Origin: Eledone cirrhosa | Lineage: Eukaryota | Assembly (NCBI GenBank): GCA_964016885.1 | Contig: OZ024746.1 | Location: 18,910,001-18,974,000 of the forward strand | Direction: 5' to 3' | DNA length: 64,000 nt | In this document: positions 14,958-28,171 of the stretch, piece by piece | Layout of the letters: the number at the start of each line of letters is the position of its first letter | Position numbering within the stretch: position 1 is the stretch's first letter | Made by a program: the position numbers and the translations under genes | Notes under the pieces: generated by a model | The model's database searches: none | Told to the model about the DNA's origin: nothing | What the model saw: the letters and a program-made list of their open reading frames with translations, nothing else

Positions 14958-15137
14958 GTGGCAGCAGGTAGCCTAGTGGTAAGGGTGTTGGACTTACAAT
15001 CATAATGTGGGTTTGATTCCTAGACTGGGTCGTGTGTTGTGTTCTTGAGCAAGACACTTCATTTCACATCACTCCAGTATACTCAGCTGAAAATGAGTAC
15101 CAGCAATAGCTGGGGGTTTAACCTTGCAATGGACTGG
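14958..15137 (+). mobile_element. tRNA-derived SINE family A (CORE-like plus V/Meta-like central part); its 3' part resumes at 15465-15655
   Basis: A box tagcctagtgg, B box ggtttgattcc, then ttgagcaagacactt...ctccagtatactcagctgaaaatgagtacc and aaccttgcaatggact. Domain names are from recall. Confidence 0.8.
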
Positions 15138-15138
15138 T

Positions 15139-15460
15139 TTTATATTTTAATCGATAAATTTGCTTTAATTGGTTGTATAGTAATGTAGAAATGGAGCAAG
15201 TTTAAAAGACAAGATGGATAAAAATAAAATTCTAAGAAAATGACAAGATTGTTTATAACCAGTAAGAAAACTATGAAAGCTACTTGAATATTATAGCCTT
15301 AGTTTATTTATATTATCTTTAGACCAGCTAAAACAATTTAATAATACCAATAATAATAATAATATTAGTAGGTGGAATTATGATGATAATGGTTTCTGAT
15401 TTAGGCACAAGGCCAACTATTTTATAGGGAAGGGAAAGTTGATTAAATCGACCCCAGTGC
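15139..15460 (-). repeat. Inverted ~320-bp copy of 58190-58513
   Basis: About 250 bp of otherwise unique AT-rich sequence plus a SINE C 3' end match the reverse complement of 58190-58513 with few differences. Confidence 0.92.
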
Positions 15461-15779
15461 TTTAGTAAACACTTTATTTCACATTGCTCCAGTATACTCA
15501 GCTGAAAATGAGTACCAGAATTAGCTGGGAGGTTTAACCCAGTGATGGACTAACGTACTCTCCAGGGGAGACTAGTGTATTCTCAGTTGCTTAAAACCAC
15601 AGAAACAAGGTTAAGTACCAGCCTGATGAGCCTCTGGGCTCGAGATAGTCTTTAGACAAGAAATTAATTTTATTTACTTTAAAAGACACAGAAATACAGG
15701 GTATCAAACAAGTAGTTCAGTTCTCTATGCTAGAAAAACTGCTTTTCTATCATTCTCACATGATATTTAAATAATAATA

Positions 15780-16771
15780 TTTTCTGATTTAAGAACAAGG
15801 CCAACAAATTTGGGGAGAAAGAAAAGTGGATTAAACTGACCCAATGCATTACTGGTACTTTATTTTATCAACCCCCATAAGTATGAAAGGCAAAGATAAC
15901 CTCGATGGGATTTGAACTCGGAATGTAAAGGGCTGTAACAATGCCAGAAAACCTGTTGTCTGATGCTCTACCGATTCTGCTAATCCACTGCCCTTATTTA
16001 CATAAAAATAATTTATTTCAATTACTCCAGGGAGTGGCATGGCTGGCTGTCATCTTAATGCTACTAAAACATCATGTTTCATCTTCCTCAGCAAATAAAA
16101 ACTATTTAGAGAAAGATAGTAGCAGGACAATATTTGTTGCATACATAAACCTATATCTTGTTTATCTAAATGTTAATGAGAAAGTAATCTAAACTTAACA
16201 AGGTAAAAGGTAAGTTAAGAGAGAAAACAAAAACTAGGGATAAAATGGTAGCTAAACTATAAATCTACTTTAGAACCTTATTAAGTAGCCAACAGATAGC
16301 TCATGCCTCTCCCAACACATCAAAAGCATTAACCTGATATGGAAAATAAAAATTGAGATTAGAGAATCAAAATTGAGTCACTGACCATATTCATCAAAAC
16401 TTATCATGCTCTGTGTCAGTTATATATAATAATAATAGTTTCTACTTTAGGCACAAGGCCTGGTGAAAGTCGTTTAAATCGACCCTCATTGCATTACTAG
16501 TACTTTATTTTATCAACCATGTAAAGATGAAAGGCAAAACCAAACTCTGTAAAGGGCCGTAAGTATATGTCGCGAAGCATGTTGTTTGATACTCTATTAA
16601 TACTGGCAATCCCTCACCCTAGCAATAATAATAATGGTTTCAGATTTAGGCACAAGGCCAATAATAATTGTTTCTACTTTTGGCACAAGGCCAGCAATTA
16701 CCCAGTACATTACTGGTACTTTATTTTATCGACCCCGTAAGGATGAAAGGCAAAGTTAACCTCGGCGGGAT
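15780..16771 (-). mobile_element. Several SINE C copies (15780-15993, 16437-16622, 16635-16771)
   Basis: Reverse complement of the family C consensus; further minus copies at 12004-12150 and 28075-28165. Confidence 0.85.
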
Positions 16772-17107
16772 TCATCATCACCGTTTTACGTCCGTTCTTC
16801 CACGCTTGCATGGGTTATACGGGTTGTCCTGTTGTGGGCAATGTCTGGTCGGCTGACCATGCCTTGCTCATACAGGAACTGATTTGGCTTGATTTCTACA
16901 GCTGGATGCCCTTCCTAACACCAACCTCATTTACAGTGAGTGCTGGGTGCTTTTTCGTGGCGCCGACACGTCCACTTTACAGTGTGGGCTGGGTGCTTTT
17001 TTGCTGTGGCACCTCCACAACCACCTTGCGGTGGGGGGTGTGGGGGCATATTGTCTATATGCTTCAGCTTGTACCCATGGGAGGTCGGGTACTCTGTATT
17101 ACTGCGT
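16772..17107 (-). mobile_element. 5'-truncated young copy of the same RTE family (last codons, 3' UTR and tail)
   Basis: Nearly identical to 45180-45520 and abuts a truncated SINE at 16668-16771. Confidence 0.92.
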
Positions 17108-17854
17108 AATAATAAAGAAGAATACATCCAACTATATACACAAAAAATGTTCCAGTTCTAACAGGCAGATTATTTGAAAGCAGTCAAAGCCTAAAGATTA
17201 CCACATGAAACAAGACCCAACAGGCAATAAGAGATCTAGTAATTATCATATTTACTGTGGACACCATACAATCGACAAGATCCCAGAACTCATTCACTTA
17301 CTGCCTAATTGGACCAAAGAAACAATGTTTCCATTAGTCTTTCCATTGCTGATTCTCTCTACCAGTTGCAACTCCTGGCAGAAAGAACGTAAAACAAAGT
17401 GTCTTGCTCAAGAACCTAATGCATCACCTGGTCTGAGAATTGAACTCACAACCTCTTGATTGTGAATCCAATTCTCTAACCACTAAGCCATGCGACTTCA
17501 ATTTAAAAAATACCATACATAATGTTAATTTGAATTAAACATCATGCCTAAGATAATCCTATATCTCAACACCTTGTGTGGTATATGCAGGGTCATGAGC
17601 CTAGGAACAATGAATAAACAAAATGTTATGCAGTATTTGTTTTACCAAAAAATACATTATCATAAGAGAGAAGAAAAGTGAGAAGCAGCTGTAACTTAAA
17701 CATATTTAAAACTCATTATAAATCCTACAAAAAATGTCAGAAGTGGTTTTATGAAGATTATTTAACATTTTAGAACAATTGAAACTAAAATTGGATATTT
17801 TGTTGAATGATAGATTCCATTTCATTAGTTTGGGCAGCAACAAATTACAATAAA

Positions 17855-18330
17855 CAGGTTGGATGAAAGGAATTTCCTACTGAAAATTACTCATAACTTT
17901 TGGCCTACTGTGATCACTTGGAACAACATCAATGAACTCATATCTATGCAAGATGGAGACCGTCATCATTTTGCATGCATTGTCTGAGTGGCTTGATGTC
18001 CAATTTCCAGGACATTATCTGGGTGGTCAAGGTCCACATGAATGACCAGCAAGTAGGCCTGATCATGGGAGTTCAGCAAAAGAAGAAGTTTATAACTCAA
18101 AACCCAAAACTCTGACTCAATTGGTCATGTACTGACCAACATACCACCCGAATTCCCGATGAAGTTAATTAAGGATATACCTAGACAATTACAAACACTG
18201 GTGGACAATGCTGGTAGATATGTAGAATTACCATTATACTGTTCAAAATAAACATGTTTTATGAAAATCGCCCAATAATTAATAAAGTTATTAATAATCT
18301 TAAATAAAGTTTCATTCCACCCAGCCTCTA
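17855..18330 (+). mobile_element. Internally deleted Tc1/mariner-superfamily element (~470 bp)
   Basis: Decayed MQDG..HF...EWLDVQFPG..LG.QGPHE*PA..PD transposase segment between degenerate TIRs; homologous end to end with 51861-52320. Confidence 0.8.
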
Positions 18331-18811
18331 TATTGAAATATAGTGTCACATTCACATACAGAGGAGCAGCTCAATCCAAATATTTATCTTCCATGATATA
18401 ATCAGTTTCTTGTTTTATCCATCAGCCTATAACTTGGCTCGTTTCCTTACCAAAGTTTCTTAAGAGTTATACTTTTCTTAATGCCAAATTGTTTTAACAG
18501 GAGATATCACAATATATCTATACTTTTTTCTGCTATTTTTTTTTTCAATGATGAGGTTTGTATGCATATACATATGTGTCTGAACATGTGTGTGTGTGTG
18601 TACGTGCATGTTAGTGAATTTGAGCAATCTGATATATATTTGAAATCAAAAATATCTTCCTAAGTTTTGTGTACACACACACACACATATATACATACAT
18701 AAATACATATGTATATATACACATATACGCACATGTACATATAGAGACACATGTCTGTTATATCATAAGTTAGAATTGTTGACTCTACAAAGGGGCCATT
18801 GAATCAGCCCT

Positions 18812-18935
18812 ACAAGGTTGCCATAGCAACTGTAGACATAACTACAGTAGCATCACAAGGTTGCCATAGCAACTGTAAACATAACTACAGTAATACCACA
18901 AAATTTCCATAGCAACTGTAACCATAACTACAATA
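18812..18935. promoter_or_regulatory. 43-bp tandem repeat x3 containing RFX X-box motifs
   Basis: GTTGCCATAGCAAC at 18817-18830 and 18860-18873, and degenerate ATTTCCATAGCAAC at 18903-18916. These fit GTNRCC-N2-RGYAAC; function is untested. Confidence 0.5.
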
Positions 18936-19068
18936 GAAACAGATAAATGGATTTGTAGAAAGAAAATAGAAATGTTGCACCAGTTTGAAATCACAAATTC
19001 CATATCCAATATATTTAACCTTTTTTTAAAATTGCATCACCATCATCAGCACCATTATCATCACCACC

Positions 19069-20157
19069 ATTGTCTCTGGTACCAGTACAAGAAAGGCCTA
19101 TTACATGCCAGGCCAGAAGGAAGAATCCTCTCAAACCCTACATTATCTCTGGTACCAGCATTAGACAAGTTATCACATGCTAGGATGGACTGAAGAGTCC
19201 TCTCAAGCCCTACATTATCTCTGGTACCAACATTAGACAAGCTGTCACGTGCTAGGATGGACTGAAGAGTCCTCTCAAGCCCTACATTATCTCTGGTACC
19301 AGTATTAGACAAGTTGTCACATGCTAGGATGGACTGAAGAGTCCTCTCAAACCCTACATTATCTCTGGTACCAGTATTAGACAAGTTGTCACATGCTAGG
19401 ATGGACTGAAGAGTCCTCTCAAACCCTACATTATCTCTGGTACCAACATTAGACAAGTTGTCATGTGCTAGGATGGACTGAAGAGTCCTCTCAAACCCTT
19501 CATTATCTCTGGTACCAACATTAAACAAGTTGTCATGTGCTAGGATGGACTGAAGAGTCCTCTCAAGCCCTACATTATCTCTGGTACCAACAATAGACAA
19601 GTTGTCATGTGCTAGGATGGACTGAAGAGTCCTCTCAAACCCTTCATTATCTCTGGTACCAACATTAGACAAGTTGTCATGTGCTAGGATGGACTGAAGA
19701 GTCCTCGCAAGCCCTACATTATCTCTGGTACCAACATTAGACAAGTTGTCATGTGCTAGGATGGACTGAAGAGTCCTCGCAAGCCCTACATTATCTCTGG
19801 TACCAACATTAGACAAGTTGTCATGTGCTAGGATGGACTGAAGAGTCCTCTCAAGCCCTACATTATCTCTGGTACCAACATTAGACAAGTTGTCATGTGC
19901 TAGGATGGACTGAAGAGTCCTCTCAAACCCTTCATTATCTCTGGTACCAACATTAGACAAGTTGTCATGTGCTAGGATGGACTGAAGAGTCCTCTCAAAC
20001 CCTTCATTATCTCTGGTACCAACATTAGACAAGTTGTCATGTGCTAGGATGGACTGAAGAGTCCTCTCAAGCCCTTCATTATCTCTGGTAGCAGTATTAG
20101 ACAAGTTGTCACATGCTAGGACGGACTGAAGAGTCCTCTAAAACCCTACATTAACTC
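19069..20157. repeat. 72-bp minisatellite, 14 full units plus a diverged lead unit
   Basis: cattatctctggtacc recurs every 72 bp from 19141 to 20077, with a partial unit at 20149. Confidence 0.97.
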
Positions 20158-21068
20158 TGTATGGGTTGGATAGTTTATCATACAGACCCCTCATCCTTTC
20201 TGGGAGGTCAGTAGCCCTGCTTCAAACTGACTTGGCCTATGTAAACCCATCCAACCCTTGCTAGCAGGTAAAAGTGGACATTAAAATGATGATGATGATG
20301 GTTTGAAACATGGTAGTCTCTGATGTCTCGCCTTAAGAAAATTACTAAGAATTGTAAATATAGTTTATTGGAGCAATTATTTTGTAGACTGATCCATTGT
20401 GTAATTTACTTTATGACAAAATGACATTATGCTACATCAAGATATATCAAATAATTCTTGTCATACAAAGATTATGTCCTTTGTGTACAGGAACTTCCAT
20501 ATCTTTGAAAGTTGAAAAAAAAATTTAAAAAATGAAACAGATTGAGAATAAAGCCAAACTCCACACTAACCAAGCACAAAAGAAACCTTAATCAGTGGTG
20601 TTTCTATTTTTACTCAGTATGTTTGTATTACATCCAAGAAACTAGGAGGTGGGAAATCCCAATTTGCAAAATATATAAATAAAATTCATTCTTCTGCTTT
20701 TGTTTATTTAAACATTTTTTTTATGCAACTGAAAATAAACCAAAATAAAGATCTGAACAACATGATAAACCTTTATGATAAAATTTTCTTAATACCAAGG
20801 GTTTTTTTTTCCTCCCCAATTGTAACATACAAACTTAATTGCTATCACTGACATAAAATTTTACTGTTTCACATAATTTATGGAGAAGATGCTTGAAGGA
20901 GATTATGATTCCCTTAGTAGAACTACTAAAACAGAAAGTAACAACAATTTTGTGTGTATCATATATAATTCTATTGTCTAGTGAGCCAACTAGCATCACA
21001 AATTTTCAGGCAACATTTAACCAATCTAAATTTCAAAAAACACTGATATATTCAATGAGTGCTTTGAA

Positions 21069-21695
21069 AGCATACCCTCCACCAGACACCTACCATACTC
21101 TGAACGCCTTGCTTCCCTGGGCATGGATTCATTGAAGCTCTGACGTCTGGCAATGGACTTGGTGAATACCCACAAAGTTTTTAACCATCTCGCCAACTGC
21201 AACCCTGAGCGCCTCTTTGATCTCCATGTGTCTAACACACGTGGATATGCCTACAAAATAAGAAAACAGCACAGCTCCCATGACTTTCGTAGACATTTTT
21301 TCACGCTCAGAGTTGCTGAAGCATGGAACAAACTGCCTGCGTCAATTGTTAGCTGCCGAGACACTGCATCCTTTAAGACACTCATGCTTCCCGAAATACG
21401 CCAAAACTACACCTGATGTACCCCTTCCATACACATGCACACGTGTGTATCATGACTCGTGCACTGTTCATTTTACTGATGTTTGTGCATTGCCCTATGT
21501 ACTGTACATGCACTTTTCTGATGAGTTGTGGTGCACCTGGGCACTGTACACAATATTTCATTATTGTTATTGTTATTATATCATGACTCATACACTGTTC
21601 ATTTTCCTGACATTTGTACATTATTCTATGTACTATACATGCACCTTTGATGAGTTGTAGTGCACCTGAGCACTGTACACAATAATTTCATTATT
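21069..21695 (+). mobile_element. 5'-truncated CR1-clade LINE with duplicated 3' tail
   Basis: IPSTRHLPYSERLASLGMDSLKL*RLAMDL...NTRGYAYKIRK...RHFFTLRVAEAWNKLP...SFK. The 3' terminal block occurs twice, ending at ~21565 and ~21695, with (ATT)n. Confidence 0.9.
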
Positions 21696-24600
21696 AAAGA
21701 AAACTTGTTTTAAAGATGGTTGGTGTTCTTCAGTAATGCAAGCATGGTCTTGTAACTCCTGGGGGAATCGTAGGGACACCATACTGACATACAGCATTTC
21801 TAAGGTATTTTAAAACCTGGTGGAGGCCAACTCTTCTCCAGGTCTGAATGCAGATTTCTTTCAGCGAATAGAGAGTGAGAGAAAGAATGCAAGTGAGAAA
21901 GAGATATAGAGGAAGAATCTCATGAAGTTATTGAACTAGATGTGTGAGGGTGAGAGAGCTACAGTGATGATGATGATGAGAATAGTAATAAAGAGTGATT
22001 GCTGAAAGATCGCATATGGATAGGCCAAATGTTACATGCTGCTACAAAGTAGAGGAGTGAATGCCCTGAGCACCCCTTGATAAATAGGGTTCCCTCTAGG
22101 AACAACCAAGGGCCCCCCAAAGTCTAAATATGGCCCTGGTAGTAACAAAGAATACAGTAGATAGGTGAGAGAAGAGTATGCATGGGTACACATCTACCCC
22201 TGCCTCACTCATGTGTGTAGATATGTATGTGAATATATGCAGGTATGTAAGAAGAGGTTTATAAATGCTTGTGTCCATATATACCTATATATACAGATAT
22301 TATGAATATTTCTATATGAGTTTTGATATATATGTGAGTTCTGGATATTTATATTTTGATGGTTGTGAAATATTTAAAAATAACATTATAATTTCTAATT
22401 AGATTGATGTCTGTTTATTCCTAGCTTTCCTGAGACATAATCAACTTTCCATGCTTTATCTTTGTTCCATGTAAAAATGATTCCATGTCTAAACAAACAC
22501 AAGAGTGAAGTCTGACATATGGATTCAGTTACTGTTAACTCCTTGTTCATTATGTCTTGTACTGTTCATTTGATATCTGTTTTTCCTCCTTGTTACTTTT
22601 CAGTGATATCATCAGTCAGATAATCCTCTCCATACATCATACAGCTGTTTCCTATCCAATTTGTTTTTTATTAATTCATAAAAAAGTAACAAAACTAGTT
22701 ATTTTTTTGCCTGATTTTGTTTAAATTTAGAAATAAATCTTTCAGTGAAACCGAGAAGTTGTTTAATGTTAAAATAAAATAAATATATAGATAAATAAAT
22801 ACAATAAACATTTTAAGGCCATTTTCCTTGTTAAAGTAGGGGTTAGCCTTGTGGGCCTCTTGATAGACTTCATACTCACAATGGGGTACTTTTTTAGGCA
22901 ATGTTTTACAACTGGTTGCTCTTCCTGATATCAACCCTTTTAAATCTCTTATTAAACCAGGCACAGATATAAATAAAAGCAAATAAAAACTCTAACACCT
23001 TCATATTAAAAGATTCTAGCTTGTCAGTTGTATTTTAGATTATATAAGAATTGAATGTCTTCTTTTATTAATCTTTCTTTAGCATTCTAGAATTGTTATA
23101 TGTTCTTATATAGCTACACTTGCTCATTATACACACATGTCAAGAACTAGCCTATAATGCCATAAACAAGAAAGCTGTTTACGTAGAGATAGACTAGGAA
23201 GCCCATTGTCATTATCAATTTAATGCTTGTTGTTTCATTTCATACAACATATCTGGGTTCCATTTGATTGTATGTTTTACACCTGTAAAATATACCTGTA
23301 CATAGCATGGCGTTTCTAATACATTATTCAAAGCTAGTTAAAGGAGAACTTCATTACACATTTCATAACATTTCATATTGATGGCATTACATTTCAGTCA
23401 TGGTATTAGATTCTTGCAGGAAAGGTAAAGGAATTTACATATTATCTGGTTAATTTATGTTGATGTATTAGGTGTGTTTTCTAGAGAAGATAGGTAGGTT
23501 TCATATGATATACCTTGAGAACTTGAAGGATGCTAAGAATGAAGATTGGTGGGTATCTGAAAATTTTGTGCTGTATTATATTATATATGTTGAAGGTTCT
23601 ATTCTAGATGAGAACATATTTAAGTAGAAGAAAACAACTGTTTGTTGGTTGTTGGAATAGTTGGGGTTGAAAATTCATTCAAATTATGATTGTAGTTGAT
23701 AGAAATGGAAATGCATACCTATTCTAAAAAGTGGGACACACACACACACACACACACATACATACACTAATTCTCTCTATCTCTCTCTTACACACTCACA
23801 CTGTCATACCTATCCTGGCTTTCAAAATAGGTTTACTATATCCCTGCATGCTATAAAAGTTGACAAAAAGTGTTGTCATCAGGAAGGGCATGAAGCTGTA
23901 AAACATTATCTCAAAATATCCCCATCCAACTGATAGAAAAGTGAATGTAAAAACAATGATGATGATAATAAAATGGTGTTATTGAAAGGCCTCAGCCATA
24001 GCAAATTATTTGAGAGGATTCAAGTGATTTTCACATGGAACTAGGAAATTCAAAGATGTGAAGACAATTATTTGAATAACAAAAGAACATATAACTCATC
24101 ATTTAACCCCTAACTGAAGTTATTAATATGAGGTTTCTTATGAAACACACACACACACACACATAAATGTGATAGTCCCGTAACTCCTGATGGAATTGTA
24201 GGGGCACTGTAATGGCATACAGTGTTTCTTGGGCATCTTTAAACTTGGCAGAGTCATCACCTCTCCAAGTCTGAATACAGAAGATTTCTTCCAGAGAAAG
24301 ATAGAACGTGAGAGAAAGGAAGTGAGAGAGAGATATAGAGGAAGAATCAACCCAGTACTAGACTGGTACTTTTTTTTATCTACCTCGAATGGATGAAAAG
24401 CAAAGTTGACCTCAGCAGGATTTGAACTCAGAGTGAAGAGAGTTGCAATGAATACTGTAAAGTATTCTATCCGATGTTCTAATGACTCTGCTAATTCGCC
24501 ACCTCTATACACACACAAACACACAATGTGGCTACACTTCTGCTCTTCATGCACACAAATACCCTTATCTATTCACACAGAAATAATTATCTCTCTCCTC

Positions 24601-25499
24601 ACACACAAATACATTACAAGTGTGTAACTAAAGATGGAAAGAGGTGGAGTAAAATTCTAAAACACAGTTACATTTCTTAGTTCAAGGTGTTATTAAAAAA
24701 TGTAGGGGATCTTACATCAAAGAGTTACTTAAAAATGTATGTGAAAAGGGAATAAAATTATGTGTGTATAGCCGACAAAAAGTTGGAAATACCATGGAAA
24801 GAATATCAGGATGCATAGCTGTTGGCAATACAACCTCTTAAAATAGTTTATTTGAGGTTTCTCTGCATGTGTGTAGATTGCTATTATTATTATTATTAGA
24901 GAGGGGGTGAGGGGGAGAGAGTTTCAAAATTTATAGGATTTTCTTTAAGAAAAACATGCCTTATGATTGAAGTTTTGTGAGATTACTGTGTTATCATTGA
25001 GAGTTGAATACAGGTGTATGCATACACATACACACATGCATTATACATTTCAAGCCTGATAGGTTTACATTATATGCTGAGGTAATGATAACATGGTGTA
25101 TGTGAAAAGAGACAAACTCCTTAGTACTCTTTGATTGGCTTTGCTTTCTTCTGCAGTGTATCATATGATCTTTGTACATGCATCTCTACTATAGATAACA
25201 TGAAATTTCTTGTTAACAAGTTTTTAAAAAAAAACAAAAATTTGTTACAATAAATATTTAACAGCCCTAAGATCCCCCTTCACACCAATTAACAACATCT
25301 TTAAAGCAAAATAGTCAATGAGATAAGTTGTTGGACTACCAACTTTGAAGTTCATCATCAACCCTCGCTAGCTTTTATGGCTTTTATAGTCCTTTTCAAT
25401 GCTGCTCTCTTTTTCTCTGTTTATATAACTCTACTCTGAAATAAAACCATATATAACAATATCTATGGTATCTCTGAGAAGCCACTCCTGTAGGTCATA

Positions 25500-25770
25500 G
25501 TGTTTAATATAGAGGTAAAGATCCCCTTTGGTCATGAATGATCATGAGCTTTGCACCTAGAAAATTCTCCTCCAAAGCACAAACTTCCCTCTCCCCATCA
25601 CCAATGTTGACCAAAGGAAAGGCAAAGGTCAATACTACAGCTGAGTGAACTGGAGCAATGTGAAATAAAGCGTCTTGCTCAAGGACACAACACACTGCCT
25701 GGTCTGAAAATTGAATTCATTATGATTGTAAGCCCAATGCTGTAACCACTAAGCCATGTGCCTTCAGTGT
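25500..25770 (-). mobile_element. tRNA-head SINE with a fourth tail type
   Basis: Same head and CORE-like part (aaccactaagccatgtgcct, cagctgagtgaactggagcaatgtgaaat) joined to an unrelated tail. Confidence 0.65.
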
Positions 25771-26063
25771 TTGATACATGACCTCTTCAAGAATATATAT
25801 AATTTTAATAATTTTTTTTTTTTTTTTTTTTTTTTTCATAAAAAAAAAAAATGGTACTTTTTGATTTGAGTAAATCTGTTAAAATTGGTTACATTACCAA
25901 ATTGAACCTCAAAGATTTGAAATCAACAGCAATAATTTCTGTACTCACCTATTAAGAGAATAAAAAAAAAACAGGTATTAATTATAAATACAAAAATATT
26001 TCACAATTCAACCAATAAATACATATATTTAATTTGTTGCAAATTTAGAAACTTTAACATACA

Positions 26064-26216
26064 TTTTTACTATGAAAAATAGTCTACCAAATTGGACACA
26101 AAAGCCCCTGGGCAAAAAAAAAGTTGACAGAATCCCATGGGCATCACTGTCAACTTTTCTTTTCATTCTAGGGTTTTTATGATCAATTTATTAGACTATT
26201 TTTCATAGTATAAAAA
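26064..26216. mobile_element. Palindromic ~150-bp MITE; second copy at 6478-6616
   Basis: tactatgaaaaatagtcta ... tagactatttttcatagta, with internal arms aaagccc/gggttttt and gttgacag/ctgtcaac. Confidence 0.75.
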
Positions 26217-26664
26217 AAAATGTAGAAGCCTCTAAAAATTCCAATAAATACATAACTCAACATTTCTAAAAAAAGATCATTACATATATTTAAAATTTTG
26301 GAAATTGCTCAATACACAAATTTAAAATGGAAAAGTAAAGAAAACAAACAAATAAACAAGATTATCTTATATCTAATGGAGGAACATTACATAGTGTTTA
26401 ATGATTTCAGATGACGTCTTTGAGGTTTCAGTGGTTATGTCTTTTATAATTGAACTTTCTTCCAGGATGCCTTAAAAAAATTACAATGTAATTTTCATCA
26501 AATTGTATTTATCATTTAATTTATCAGTGACCTTGTACCTTGTTCAAATATCAAGACAAAGTTCAATGGTTGGTTGGATTAAAAACTGGTCTTTCAAATG
26601 AAAGTCAAGTTGATAATCTATTATTGTTACTAAACATCTTTCATTCTACATCTTTCTTTCTCAA

Positions 26665-26980
26665 CCCGTAATTCTTGAGGGAGGTCTAGGGGCACAGTAG
26701 TGATATACAGCATTTCTTGGGCATTTTTAAACAAGGAGGAGTCCATCTCCTCTCCAGGTCTGAACACAGATTTTTTTTCCAGAGAAGGATAGAGAATGAG
26801 AGAATGGAAGTGAGAAAGAAATATAGAGGGAGAATTGACCCCAGTACTGGACTGGTACTTTTTTTTGTCAACCTGGAATGCATGAAAGGCAAAGTTGACC
26901 TCGGCGGGATTTGAAGAGAGCCAGAAAAATACTGCAAATCATTCTATCTGATGTTTTAATGACTCTGCCAATTTGCCGCT
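26665..26980 (-). mobile_element. SINE C head with an alternative ~170-bp tail; also 7735-8021 (+), 24170-24502 (-), 42850-43087 (+) and tail only at 21745-21918 (-)
   Basis: Shared tail on its sense strand: ctctatatctct...ccttctctggaa...tgttcagacctggagaggagatggactc...gtttaaaa. Confidence 0.82.
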
Positions 26981-28171
26981 TTTCCATTCCACTTACTTAA
27001 CAACAAAGGAAGTAAGGAAACAGATAGGTTAGGTCCTAGAATGTTAATCTTTATCCAGATTACTTGAATCCATAGAACTAAAACTTATCCCTAAATTTTG
27101 CTGCATTAAGAATAAGGAAGAGAAGTCTTATCCTGCATAAAACATGGGTCTAATAACATTTCTTGAAAGAAGAGTTGAACTCAGTACTGCAAACTAATAA
27201 ATCTGTTGTAAAGTCTAGAATGCTGCCACTGTTTACACCAATATAATTATGCAACACTGCTGTAGCTATTTGAAGCTTGGTGTACATAGCTATTGAGTAT
27301 TAAGTGTTTTTATTACAGGCACAGACATGAACCTCTTAATTGGCTGTTCAATTTCAGCATCTATTATTTCATATAACAGTCGACAGTGTCAAGATGAAAT
27401 ATGAACACAATGAAGAATGAATATACTGAACTAGCTCATCAGCAAATTTGCTAAGGAATTTTTCCTGAATGTGATCTCTCTCTATCTAAAAGATAGTTTA
27501 TTAGAATAATGACTATATTATAAGCTCTCTAATAGTTTAGTCATATTGCCTTACACCATATTAACCAAGTTTTATCAAGTAAACTATGCCAATAGTGTCT
27601 AAAAAAAAAAATCAAATTAATAAATACTATTTGGAAGATTAATGCAGAAACCATCTGTGAATGGAAAACTTTCTAAGATTTTTTTTAATTTAATTTTTGT
27701 TTCCATGAAAAAGTAAACCAAACTGGAGCTAAATGATGATAGCAGATGGTGAGGATTATTGTAAACTAATGTAATGAGTTGAATTTTATAGAAGATCTGG
27801 AACATATTGTAGGATTTGATGATGATGATGATGATGATGGTGGTGATAAAGATGACTGTGGTGGGCATGATAATCATGGTGGTGGTGATAAAGATGACTG
27901 TGGTGGGCATGATAATCATGGTGGTGGTGATAATGACAGTGGTAGGGATGATGATTTCTAACTTTGGCAAAAGACCACACATTTATTTTAGGAATGAGTA
28001 GCAGAGACTGAGCTAGTCCTCCTGTATATATTACTGGTACTTATTATTCACTCTTGACAGGATGAAAAGCGACATCTCAGTATATTACTGGTACTTTATT
28101 TTATCAACTCCATAATGATGAAACGTAAAGCTAACCTCGGCGGGATTTGAACTTAGAATGTAATAATAATA

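Noticed and set aside
15624-15650. CTGATGAG...GAGATAGTC as a hammerhead (also 60780-60810)
   Set aside because: It is the ordinary 3' end of SINE family A; there is no GAAA and no stem I.
19061-20104. 347-aa repeat protein, CRISPR-like array or tandem hammerhead (CTGAAGA in each unit)
   Set aside because: There are no unique spacers and the context is eukaryotic. There is no GAAA core or stem I pairing, the ORF has a non-ATG start, and the unit is retroposon-derived.
23400-23730. Possible very old LINE fragment
   Set aside because: Similarity is too degraded to support a call.
27779-28001. Asp/Gly/His-rich ORFs
   Set aside because: (GAT/GGT)n tract with a 48-bp duplication; low complexity only.
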